Notes: a model not told the origin generated them from the sequence alone. Counted from the stretch's first letter, positions 1-8,615 are shown. The stretch: DNA of 55,580 nucleotides from Deltaproteobacteria bacterium (GCA_029881655.1 JAOUME010000002.1:1-55580), one strand, 5' to 3'. Translations and numbers: made by a program.

Positions 1-40
1 GGGGGTCGACTATTTCAAAAAGCCAAACATATAAAATCAT

Positions 41-757
41 TTAAAGCTTATAAAGTCCCCAAAGATCACCACATTCGTTAAAAGTATCAATGGGTATAAA
101 ATTCTCTGCTAACTCCTTTTCGAAGTGAGAGTGATAGAAAGTCCAACCTTGGTGAGAGATTATTTCCTGCTTTTTAGAATCGATTTCAACTACAAATAAT
201 TTATTTGCCACACGTCTGAGCTCGTTATAGATATGATCTCTGTCTTCATAACGTATATGCTTTAGGACAGCTGACATATAAATCACATCAAAATAGTCAT
301 CGTCAAAAGGAATCTCGGTTCCACTAAATGGAATAAATTCAATACCAGAAAAAGCTTCCTTTGCTTTTTTGATAGCATTATCATTAATATCAATCCCATA
401 ACCATTGATATTTGGTATTAGATTACAAATATAGTTGAGCAGCAAACCATTATCACAACCAAAATCGAGCAATTTACCTTTATTCCACTCAATTTGATTG
501 AGAATTCTCTTAAAACAAACCACGGGTTCCTTGTAACCACATTCTCTATAAAAATCCCAAACCTCTTCTATTGAGTTTGAAGACGGATAGTCACTACTCC
601 ATTTTGCTTTAATATTCTGATAATATGCTTCTTTTTGCATAAGTGAACAGATTGGTTGATATTTAACACAAAGAAATCTTGCTTCTTGTTTAGCTTTTTG
701 CAGGTTACCTGTTTGTAATGATATTTGAAAAGAGCTTTTTCCAAGTTGCTTTCTCAA
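41..757 (-). CDS. class I SAM-dependent methyltransferase (small-molecule/protein type; no DNA-MTase motifs seen)
   Basis: The ORF is 238 aa. It has motif I LLDFGCDNG, an acidic post-I GYGIDIN, and IYMSAVLKHI, which is typical of Methyltransf_11/25-like enzymes. No DPPY/NPPY or PCQ motif is present. The ORF-track start is TTG at 757; the first ATG is at 640, so the N-terminus is uncertain. Confidence 0.7.
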   Translation of the reverse strand: MRKQLGKSSFQISLQTGNLQKAKQEARFLCVKYQPICSLMQKEAYYQNIKAKWSSDYPSSNSIEEVWDFYRECGYKEPVVCFKRILNQIEWNKGKLLDFGCDNGLLLNYICNLIPNINGYGIDINDNAIKKAKEAFSGIEFIPFSGTEIPFDDDYFDVIYMSAVLKHIRYEDRDHIYNELRRVANKLFVVEIDSKKQEIISHQGWTFYHSHFEKELAENFIPIDTFNECGDLWGLYKL

Positions 758-1231
758 GGCTCAAGGAACAAAGCTCTAAAGCTTGTAGCGCTTTGAAGTC
801 AGTGTTGAAGTAATCTGGTAGCTGGTTGTGTTTGATCTTCTAACAGGAAAGTTTCGGCAGGTTGGCATTATAGTCTCTGTTTTGATTTGAGACTACAGTA
901 CTAGGTTTGGAGGAAGGAAGGGCGGGTAAAGTTGAAAGAGAGGACCTACTTTAGGATTCCAAAGGGTTTGCCCTTTGGCTACCAGGGGCTTAAAAATAAA
1001 CGGCTTGGCCGTTTCCAAGGCTAAACCGGCCGACCCTCTTAAAAGAATCAAGCCTTGCTTGATTCCGGCTGTCCGCTTCGAGGTGAAGAGGTCGCGGGAT
1101 TAACGGGTTTATGAAGGGAGGTGGTAGTAAAAGCACGATGGTTCACGCCTTAATATATTTATTTTATCTGATTTAAGCTAGGGAAATAAAATTTCCGCTG
1201 GCTGGCATGGGAGTCTTTTGGGGGGGCGGGG
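758..1231. other. ORF-free, hairpin-dense segment (candidate structured RNA, long leader or decayed element; strand unknown)
   Basis: No ORF of 60 aa or more occurs in any frame. GC is about 50% (62/120 in 961-1080). Hairpins lie at 871-877/889-895, 959-966/971-978 and 999-1004/1008-1013. A further hairpin at 1045-1052/1058-1065 is nested inside 1031-1040/1086-1094. Confidence 0.3.
959..1011. repeat. copy A of a 53-54 nt intergenic motif (partner at 26544-26597)
   Basis: My hand alignment gives 44 of 54 aligned positions identical to 26544-26597. This includes an exact aacggcttggccg and the shared ccaaagg...tttgg hairpin arms. Confidence 0.6.
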
Positions 1232-1735
1232 TTATATATTTGACCCCTCTGAATTAATTTCGAAAATGATTTTAGATAACTTAATTACTTTTTTAGTAAT
1301 AGATATATTCCAAGCCTTCATCCTGCTATGCCATTTTTTTAAATCAAGAAATTGATTCCAATTTAATTCATAAATTCCAGTCAAATTATAGTTATCATCA
1401 AATTTGACAATAATAACGTATTCAAATTTTTGAATTGGTTTCTCATCTGATTCATTATTTGGCAAGCCATAAAAAACACCAGTAAGATTTGTCGTTGAGC
1501 TTTTTATACTATATCTTTCCCCATTTCTACTTATAGCATCAATGTTTTGAGTCCCTGTTGGCGCGAACTGAAGGTTGGGCAATCCTGACGTTTTATTATA
1601 ATATTCAATGGCAAGATATTCACCTAAATCACCAATAACATTCTTGCTTCTTATTATTTCGCGATCTTTTAGTTCTTGAATAAGATTGCCATATAATTTT
1701 ATAAGGTCAAAATCTTTAATATTCTTTAGGTTCAT
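1232..1735 (-). CDS. hypothetical protein, possible PD-(D/E)XK-like nuclease fold
   Basis: The ORF is 167-168 aa (TTG at 1738, ATG at 1735) and very AT-rich (14/60 GC in 1261-1320). The pattern GDLGEYLA ... NIDAISRNGERYSIKSS resembles E...D...(S/E)xK nuclease cores. I recognised no other family. Confidence 0.5.
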   Translation of the reverse strand: MNLKNIKDFDLIKLYGNLIQELKDREIIRSKNVIGDLGEYLAIEYYNKTSGLPNLQFAPTGTQNIDAISRNGERYSIKSSTTNLTGVFYGLPNNESDEKPIQKFEYVIIVKFDDNYNLTGIYELNWNQFLDLKKWHSRMKAWNISITKKVIKLSKIIFEINSEGSNI

Positions 1736-1738
1736 CAA

Positions 1739-2191
1739 GTATCATTATTATAATATAAAATTAAAAGCTAAAAAAATCCCCCTAGAACCACCGACCGCGC
1801 CTTTGCCCACTCGCACAGCAATACCCAGTAATAACAGGCAAATGAAACCGTAAATACTCTGCCAACGCGATCAAGACAGAGGGAACCAATCCCTCCTGTA
1901 AAAGACAAGTTCAGCCCCAACGAACTCAACCATAACCACCTACACAAAAACCCTATCCTATCGGTTAGTTGGAATCAACGGAAATGACCACCGTTTGACA
2001 GGCTTTGGCGTGAAACATTTTTTATGGCTTTGAAATTCACCGGATGAAAGGCGTTTAAAATAAATTAAATCAGATAGATAGCGAAATGGGTAGCCGAAAA
2101 AAGGGGTACTTCTCGGGTAGTTTGGGCGAGCCTCGCTCCCGGCGGCGGAGCCTTCCCGGAGCCTGTCCAAATCAAGGCCCGTCCGGCCGGC
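1739..2191. other. ORF-free segment downstream of the malic-enzyme gene; G/U-rich and hairpin-forming when read on the minus strand
   Basis: The only ORF is a low-complexity 70-aa one. There is a strong hairpin at 1876-1884/1890-1899 (acagaggga/tccctcctgt, one bulge) and a GC-rich stretch at 2120-2190. Confidence 0.25.
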
Positions 2192-3901
2192 TCACACCCG
2201 GCGATAAGGCATGTAGACGGGTTTCCACATGGTCGCTCTGATCTCGCTTAGGATTTCATCCTCAGAGACCTTCTCTCCCCTCTCCAGCCGCTGCCTCTCC
2301 AGCAGGCGCATGCAGACATGCCTTGAGACCTTTCTAAGCTCGCCTATCCTCGGATAAATGGCCCCCATCTCGAAATCCTCCTTCGGGATCAGTTCGCTTA
2401 AGGCCTTCGCGGCGCTCAGGAACAACCAGGGCGGGAAGGTTCCGAAGCGTCCGATGACCGCGGCCAGGCCGACCGCCGGAAAGATAAAGACGTTGTTTCC
2501 CTGCCCCACCCGAAAGGATTTGCCGTCAAAACTCACGTCCTCGAAGGGGCTGCCCGTCGCGATGATGGCTCTGCCTTCAGACCATTTGTAGAGATCATCC
2601 GGCTTTGCCTCGCACTTGGAATGGGGGTTCGACAGCGGAAAGATCAGGGGCCGGTCGCAGTGGCGGAGCATGATCCTGACGACTTCCTCGTCAAAGGCCC
2701 CGGTATGGGTCGAAGCGCCGATCAGGACGGTGACTCTCTGGTTATCCAAAAGCTCCTTCAGGCTAACCTGTCCGGCTTGCTTTTTGCCGTTAGAGATATA
2801 CTTTTCGGCCGGTTTGGCGAAGGGCTGTTTGTATTCGTCCAGCTTCCGGTTATCCATGATAAGCCCCTTTGAATCAAAGACGAAGATCTGCTTTAAGGCT
2901 TCCTCGGCGCTTAAGCCCTCATCCACCAGGGCGTCCCTGATCTGGTAGGCGATCCCTCCGCCGCCGGCGCCGGCTCCGTAGACGACAAAGCTCTCGTCCT
3001 TTAGGCCGCGGCCTGTAAAGCTCAGCGCGGTATATATTCCGGCCAGGCAGACCGCTCCGGTTCCCTGTATGTCATCGTTAAAGGACGAAAGGCTTTCGCG
3101 GTAACGCTCCAGATTATAAAAGGCGTTGTTTTTGCTGAAATCCTCCCACTGCAAGACGGCATTTGGAAAATTGGCCTTGATGCCCGATACGAACTTCGAG
3201 ATAAAATCGTTATACTCACCGCCCGTCATGCGGTGGTGCTTTTCCCCCAGGTACAAAGGATCCGACAGGCAGTCCTCGTTGTCGGTTCCAACATCCAGCG
3301 TAATCGGCAGGCAGGCCGCGGGATGAATCCCCGCGCCCAGGGTGTAAAGCGAAAGTTTGCCTATTGGAATACCCATACCTCCGATCCCCTGATCACCGAT
3401 CCCCAGGATGCCCTGATTGTCGGTGACCACGATAACCTGAACCCCGCGTGAGGGAAAATGATGGATCATCTCACCGATCATCGAGACGTTGCTCTTGGTG
3501 ATATAAAGCCCCCGGGTTCTTCTGAAGCGGTGGCTGAACTGACGGCAAGCCTCGCCCACCGTCGGGGTATAGATAATGGGTGCCATTTCCTCGATATGCC
3601 GATCGACGAGCCGGTAGAACAGGGTCACATTCCGGTCTTGCAGTCCCCGTAGATACTGGTATTTGCTGATCGCGTCCGCATTGTTGCTGAAACCTTCGTA
3701 GACCCGGTCGAGTTGTTCATCCATCGTTGAAATGTGAGGCGGTAAAAGGCCCTGAAGACGAAACTCTTCACGCTCTCTTTCATCGAAAGCGGTTCCTTTA
3801 TTCAAGATCGAGTTTTGCAAAAGATCGATTCCTTCCATGGCCACGGGAACAAAGGGCAATCCATTTTCGTTTTTCCAGCGGTGATATTTTTCGATGCTCA
3901 T
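2192..3901 (-). CDS. maeA: NAD(P)-dependent malic enzyme
   Basis: Malic-enzyme N-terminal motifs are present (NKGTAFDERE, GLLPP, LQDRNVTLFY), as is the dinucleotide fold YGAGAGGGGIA. I place the start at ATG 3901, preceded by GGGAG; the ORF track extends to TTG 3931. GC is about 60%, well above the neighbouring genes. Confidence 0.9.
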   Translation of the reverse strand: MSIEKYHRWKNENGLPFVPVAMEGIDLLQNSILNKGTAFDEREREEFRLQGLLPPHISTMDEQLDRVYEGFSNNADAISKYQYLRGLQDRNVTLFYRLVDRHIEEMAPIIYTPTVGEACRQFSHRFRRTRGLYITKSNVSMIGEMIHHFPSRGVQVIVVTDNQGILGIGDQGIGGMGIPIGKLSLYTLGAGIHPAACLPITLDVGTDNEDCLSDPLYLGEKHHRMTGGEYNDFISKFVSGIKANFPNAVLQWEDFSKNNAFYNLERYRESLSSFNDDIQGTGAVCLAGIYTALSFTGRGLKDESFVVYGAGAGGGGIAYQIRDALVDEGLSAEEALKQIFVFDSKGLIMDNRKLDEYKQPFAKPAEKYISNGKKQAGQVSLKELLDNQRVTVLIGASTHTGAFDEEVVRIMLRHCDRPLIFPLSNPHSKCEAKPDDLYKWSEGRAIIATGSPFEDVSFDGKSFRVGQGNNVFIFPAVGLAAVIGRFGTFPPWLFLSAAKALSELIPKEDFEMGAIYPRIGELRKVSRHVCMRLLERQRLERGEKVSEDEILSEIRATMWKPVYMPYRRV

Positions 3902-4309
3902 TATATACTCCCATCCCGATTTATAAGACAATTACCAGAAAGAATCAGGTTGCTATCTTCACTTCGAATTAAACAAATAGAACTCTGATTCTTGGTTTCT
4001 ATAATATTATACAGGCTTTATTTTGAATGCGTAAAGAGTAGATGACATAATAAAATTTGAGTTGGGAGTTTTTGAGGTCAAGTATATTTTAATAACTGTA
4101 GACGCAAAGACTTTACTTTGATGACTGTTGTATTGATTAGCTAGTTATTTCAGGATGTCTGTTGAGTGTAAGCTTCATCTTGCCAAATGAAACCAATCCC
4201 CGAGCTTCAATAGTCGATCAATCCGATGACGTAATCGGTTTTCCGCGGATTGATCGATAAAAGTTCCGAGGCTTGCTTTAAACCTTGGCTTTCTCAGGTC
4301 AGGATTTCA

Positions 4310-4507
4310 TTAAACATAAACGATAATCAAGACCATTGCCGGTATCACGATAGCCCAAAAGGGAGCCGTGTTGATAAACAATCCATAAACCGAATTTGGA
4401 TCATGTTCGACCTCCAGGAAGTCCAGGATTCTTTCTGAGAGCGGCTTTAATGGTTTTCTCTTTTGAGCCGTGGAAACAAAATGATTTTTTTCAGCGATAG
4501 GTGACAT
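4310..4507 (-). CDS. hypothetical small tail-anchored membrane protein
   Basis: The 65-aa ORF ends in a hydrophobic segment (FWAIVIPAMVLIIVYV). It has a weak GGA-type RBS and no recognisable family. Confidence 0.25.
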   Translation of the reverse strand: MSPIAEKNHFVSTAQKRKPLKPLSERILDFLEVEHDPNSVYGLFINTAPFWAIVIPAMVLIIVYV

Positions 4508-5005
4508 CTGTTATCCTATCTTAAGGTTAGCGAAATATAGCTTAAGGAAACAAAATAGGGGGGACTATAAAAGAGAAATTACCAAGGAAGTGATAACACC
4601 CCCCAGTCTTTAAGGACAAATTAAGTATAGCAATAAGCTGAGCCATTTTCAAGATTTTTACAGTTAAATAATAGTCCATAATAGGCTTAGATCAATCAAA
4701 AGATAATCTGGAATAATTGTATATCTTGATGATTCCTGTCAGTTCTGATACTAAGCTAAGTCTTTTTTCTTCTCAAATTAAATTTAACGCATAAAATTTA
4801 CTTCTACCGATCGGTATATCAATTCAACAAAATAACGTGAATATTAAGAGAAAATCGATTCTCAGCAGAATGAATGGCCAAAAAACAATCAGGCATTGTA
4901 TGATCAAAATTAAGCAAGCAGTAGCCTTATTTTAAAAGACCTGATAAGTATTCAAAAAAGCTAATACAGCAATTCCTGAACAATCTAAAAATTTTAGGAC
5001 CTGTC

Positions 5006-6361
5006 ATGGTTCAAAGAGATTACGACGAACTGATCAATAAAATAGAAGATTTAATTTCTTCTCAGCAGATAATAAATCTTTACCCACTCTTAGAAGAGCT
5101 GTATCCAACTGACATCGCATATATTGCCTCTCATGTTTCCACCGAATACCGCCTTGAGCTCGTATCAGAAATCAGAAAATTTAAAAACCTGGACGAAATC
5201 ATCTGTGAAATGGATGAAGATATCATCGTTGAGATGATCAGAGGCCTGGAAGAATCGCGTATCGAAGATTTGTTTTCCAAGCTGGACCCTGATGATACTG
5301 CCAAGGTTATTTCGTTTTTGCCGGATGACCTTTCGAAGTGGATTTTCACTCACATGAAGGCTGAGGATACGATTGAGGCCGAAGCGCTACTGCTCTACAA
5401 GGAAGAGCAGGCAGGGCGGATCATGTCCACCGATTACTTTAGCATGACCGAGGAAGCGACTGTTTTTCAGGCTTTTAACGCCCTGAAAAACTCTCATGAC
5501 GCCGAAATGGTTTATTATATCTATATTATCGACAAGCATCATCACTTGGTCGGTGTTGCTTCTCTGAGGGAGCTTTTGACCAAGCCGAACTACGTGAAGA
5601 TGAAAGAGATCATGAACACCGACTTGATTTCGGTTCCAGGAGAAATGGATCAGGAAGATGTAGCGCAGATAGTGGAAAGGTATAATTTGGTTGCCGTTCC
5701 GGTCGTTAACAAGAAAAATCAGCTCGTCGGCATCATCACGGTCGATGATATCATTGACGTTATTCGTCATGAAGCGACCGAAGATATCATGAAACTGGCA
5801 GGTACGAACGAGAAAGAGTTTTATCTACAGTCCCCTTATAAAGGTTTTTTGCGCCGGATGCCTTGGCTACTGGTCTCCTTTTTCGGTGGATTGTTGACGA
5901 TCCAGTCCAATATCTTATTTTCCGGGAAAATCACCAACATCGAACTTATGGCGTTTATTACGATCATTGCCGGTATGGGTGGAAACATCGGCTCTCAGTC
6001 ATCGACTATCGTCGTGAGGGGACTGGCCACCGGGAAAATCCTGGTAACCGAGTTGTGGAGCGTCTTGTATCGTGAGGTTGCGATTGGGATTTTGCTGGGG
6101 ATCTTTTTTGGAATTATCTTGGGGTTGGTGGCCACTTTTCAGTTCTATGACGTATCGCTTATTGGTTTTAGTGTAGGAATTGGCATGTTGACCTCAATGT
6201 TCATCGCGGCCTTCATCGGATCGTTGATGCCGATCGTTTTTCAACGTTTAAACATTGACCCCGCGGTCGCCACAGGTCCTTTTGTCTCGACCACTATCGA
6301 CAACCTGGGACTTTTAAGTTATTTTATCAGCACTATGACACTCATTCATCTTTTAACTTAA
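5006..6361 (+). CDS. mgtE: magnesium transporter MgtE
   Basis: The protein has an MgtE N-domain, tandem CBS region and C-terminal membrane domain with GMGGNIGSQSS. Length is 451 aa. Confidence 0.9.
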   Translation: MVQRDYDELINKIEDLISSQQIINLYPLLEELYPTDIAYIASHVSTEYRLELVSEIRKFKNLDEIICEMDEDIIVEMIRGLEESRIEDLFSKLDPDDTAKVISFLPDDLSKWIFTHMKAEDTIEAEALLLYKEEQAGRIMSTDYFSMTEEATVFQAFNALKNSHDAEMVYYIYIIDKHHHLVGVASLRELLTKPNYVKMKEIMNTDLISVPGEMDQEDVAQIVERYNLVAVPVVNKKNQLVGIITVDDIIDVIRHEATEDIMKLAGTNEKEFYLQSPYKGFLRRMPWLLVSFFGGLLTIQSNILFSGKITNIELMAFITIIAGMGGNIGSQSSTIVVRGLATGKILVTELWSVLYREVAIGILLGIFFGIILGLVATFQFYDVSLIGFSVGIGMLTSMFIAAFIGSLMPIVFQRLNIDPAVATGPFVSTTIDNLGLLSYFISTMTLIHLLT

Positions 6362-6374
6362 ACAACATCCATTT

Positions 6375-7964
6375 ATGAAAAAGATTCTTATTACCGGCGC
6401 TTTGCACCCGGTTGCTTTGGAAAACTTGGGGTCGCAAAGCGACTTGGAGATCGATTACAGACCAGATTTGCCTTATGATGAGATTATAAAGATCATTTCA
6501 GCTTATCACTGCATTATTAGCAGATCAGAGACAAATATCGATAAAACCATGATCGAAAAGGGGGTCAATCTGCAGGTTATCGCGAGAGCGGCCGTCGGGA
6601 TTGGAAATATCGACACCGAATACGCCACCTTCAAGGGAATCCTGGTTTTTAATACTCCGGCTAAAAATACCAACTCAGCTGCGGAACTGACCATCAGTCT
6701 GATGATTTCTTGTATGAGAAACGTTATTACCGCGCACAAAAGCATGGAAAGCAATAGGTGGGACCGTCATAAATTCACCGGTACAGAACTATTGGACAAA
6801 ACAGTGGGCTTGATAGGCTTGGGAAATGTCGGGCACCGCGTCGCCCGCTTTTTAAACAGCTTTGACTGCGAAGTCCTGGCATATGATCCTTACGTCACCA
6901 AAGAATACTGCGAAAAACACCAATGTGAGCAGGTCAACTTCGATACCCTGATTGAGAGATCCGACATCATTAGTATCCATACGCCGAAAAACAAAGAAAC
7001 CATCAATATGATCGATAGGAAGCAAATCGGGAAAATGAAAGAAGGCGTTATTCTGATCAATGCTGCCAGAGGGGGTCTTTTTAACGAAGAGGCTATTAAG
7101 GAAGGCCTGGAGACGAAAAAAATAAAGGCTGTCGGAATCGATACCTGGGATGTTGAGCCGGTTAAGGAGCACCCTTTAAAGAGTTTTTCCAATGTTATCA
7201 TGACTCCTCATATCGGCGCATCGACCTTGGAGGCTCAGTTGAGAATCGGGGAGTCGGTTTCCAAGGAAACCATCAAAGCTCTAAAGGGTGAAATCGTCAA
7301 CTCTCCGGTCAATCTTCCCGATGTGAAGGTCTTTGAGGGTTCCCATGCGCCTCAATACAGCGTTTTGGCTGGAAAACTCGGGACTTTCAGCAAGCAGTTT
7401 ATGGATAAAGATTTCTTCGCGAAGAGGATCGAATTTTTATACAGGGGAAAACTGGTCACCGATGACTGGCCCATGATCAAACTGTCTTTTCTGAGAGGAT
7501 TTCTCCAGGGGACCGTCGATACCCAAGTATCCTTTGTCAATGTCCTTAAAATAGCCGACAGCAAAGGGCTTAAACTTGAAGAGGTGGCCGATAAAGACTT
7601 CAGCGACTATGAATCAGCCATTCGCGTCAAGTTGGTAGGTGAAAACAATTCCGTCTGCATTGGGGGCACCGTCTTCGGAGGAGACAAGCTTAGATTGAGT
7701 TATCTAAATGGCTTTATCTTCGAGATCGACCCTGTGGGGAATATGATCGTGATCGAAAATCATGACAAACCCGGTGTCATAGGTCATGTCGGAACGGTCT
7801 TGTCCAATCACATGGTTAACATCAACCAATTTGAATTATCCCGTAATAAAAAGGGAGGACAGGCTATGGCCATTGTCTTGGTCGATGAGAACATCACTGA
7901 TCAGGTCATCGATGAGTTGAATCTCCATGAAAACATCAGGCATGTCAAAAGGATTCAAATTTAA
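6375..7964 (+). CDS. serA: D-3-phosphoglycerate dehydrogenase (long form with C-terminal ACT domain)
   Basis: It has the 2-hydroxyacid dehydrogenase NAD fold GLIGLGNVGHRVA and the catalytic region TPHIGAST. Its 529 aa include a C-terminal regulatory extension. Confidence 0.9.
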   Translation: MKKILITGALHPVALENLGSQSDLEIDYRPDLPYDEIIKIISAYHCIISRSETNIDKTMIEKGVNLQVIARAAVGIGNIDTEYATFKGILVFNTPAKNTNSAAELTISLMISCMRNVITAHKSMESNRWDRHKFTGTELLDKTVGLIGLGNVGHRVARFLNSFDCEVLAYDPYVTKEYCEKHQCEQVNFDTLIERSDIISIHTPKNKETINMIDRKQIGKMKEGVILINAARGGLFNEEAIKEGLETKKIKAVGIDTWDVEPVKEHPLKSFSNVIMTPHIGASTLEAQLRIGESVSKETIKALKGEIVNSPVNLPDVKVFEGSHAPQYSVLAGKLGTFSKQFMDKDFFAKRIEFLYRGKLVTDDWPMIKLSFLRGFLQGTVDTQVSFVNVLKIADSKGLKLEEVADKDFSDYESAIRVKLVGENNSVCIGGTVFGGDKLRLSYLNGFIFEIDPVGNMIVIENHDKPGVIGHVGTVLSNHMVNINQFELSRNKKGGQAMAIVLVDENITDQVIDELNLHENIRHVKRIQI

Positions 7965-7967
7965 GCC

Positions 7968-8615
7968 ATGAAACGATTCTTAACGCTGGATGCCACTCTG
8001 CTGTCTTTTTTTGTTTTGTCATTGCTGGTTTTTATTTTGGCGTCTGAGGAAAAAGTTACTGCGCAGGTTAATTTCCACGCTTCGGTGATGGCCAACACGG
8101 ATTTGATCGAGGGTCGCTTTCCTGGCCTGGAGTATACCTTCTTTTTCGGTCCAAGCTGGGGAGTACGCTATAGTATGCTTCCCACCATGGAATTTAAAAC
8201 CGAACCTTTGAAAACCCTATCGGATGGTCAGTTGCAGACCTATAGTTTGACGGGTGAGTATCAAAGCTTAACGGTTTTAAGATCTATTGAACACAGGGGA
8301 AACAGACCCGGATCAAAGGGACCCTTTGAATTCATAACAGCTTATTTCGGAGTCGGATACAACCAGATTAATACCCAACTTGTAAAAAAAACCTTTACCG
8401 CTCAGTCCAACATCTGGTCTGAAAGTGAAACCTCAGAAGATTTGCCCACCGAAATCAACAATTTTTCCCTAGGCCTATATGGTGGAGAGAGCTTTATCAT
8501 GCTTGATACAAGATTTCTCTATTTCACAGGGAAAACCGACAAATCACGACTCCTTGACGATAAAATAAAATTCAAACAATGGATGATTCTTTTCTCAATA
8601 GGGATCGGTTTTTGA
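7968..8615 (+). CDS. hypothetical outer-membrane beta-barrel-like protein
   Basis: It has an N-terminal signal-like hydrophobic segment and alternating beta-strand-like pattern. The C-terminus is GIGF with a terminal Phe, typical of OMPs. Confidence 0.45.
   Translation: MKRFLTLDATLLSFFVLSLLVFILASEEKVTAQVNFHASVMANTDLIEGRFPGLEYTFFFGPSWGVRYSMLPTMEFKTEPLKTLSDGQLQTYSLTGEYQSLTVLRSIEHRGNRPGSKGPFEFITAYFGVGYNQINTQLVKKTFTAQSNIWSESETSEDLPTEINNFSLGLYGGESFIMLDTRFLYFTGKTDKSRLLDDKIKFKQWMILFSIGIGF

Noticed and set aside
908-925. GGAAGGAAG, shared with the SRP RNA domain IV (GGAAGGAAGCAGC), and GGGTAAAGTTGAAAG, reminiscent of the RNase P J11/12 region.
   Set aside because: The flanking conserved elements are absent on both strands: the SRP symmetric-loop partner, and RNase P GAGGAAAGUCC and ACAGAAnCCGGCUUA.
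1219-1246. GGGGGGCGGGG...GACCCC, resembling a tmRNA or tRNA-like 5' end.
   Set aside because: There is no tag reading frame ending in Ala-Ala-stop, no T-arm and no CCA-type 3' end nearby. It also overlaps the 3' end of the 168-aa ORF.
1166-2075. A shared 11-mer atctgatttaa (1166-1176) and its reverse complement (2065-2075), plus ttcacgcc/ggcgtgaa, flanking the nuclease-like ORF. These could be terminal inverted repeats of a small mobile element.
   Set aside because: The two shared words occur in the same left-to-right order on both sides (A-B ... A'-B') rather than mirrored (A-B ... B'-A'). The surrounding sequence does not align, so this is most likely AT-rich chance similarity.
1958-2170. 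A 70-aa minus-strand ORF downstream of the malic-enzyme gene.
   Set aside because: It has low-complexity sequence, no RBS-like element and no motif, and it lies in a GC-rich stretch where random ORFs are expected. I treat the region as non-coding of unknown nature.
2358-3972. A series of 60-110 aa ORFs on the plus strand, and one at 3022-3219 on the minus strand, all overlapping the malic-enzyme gene.
   Set aside because: All lie inside a well-supported malic-enzyme CDS of about 60% GC. GC-rich coding DNA depletes stop codons in other frames. Their translations are low-complexity (Arg/Pro/Ser-rich) with no motifs.
4508-5005. An expected M-box (ykoK) Mg riboswitch upstream of mgtE.
   Set aside because: The leader is very AT-rich. 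I could not find the GC-containing conserved M-box helices or GGUGAGG-type cores. A covariance-model scan would be decisive.
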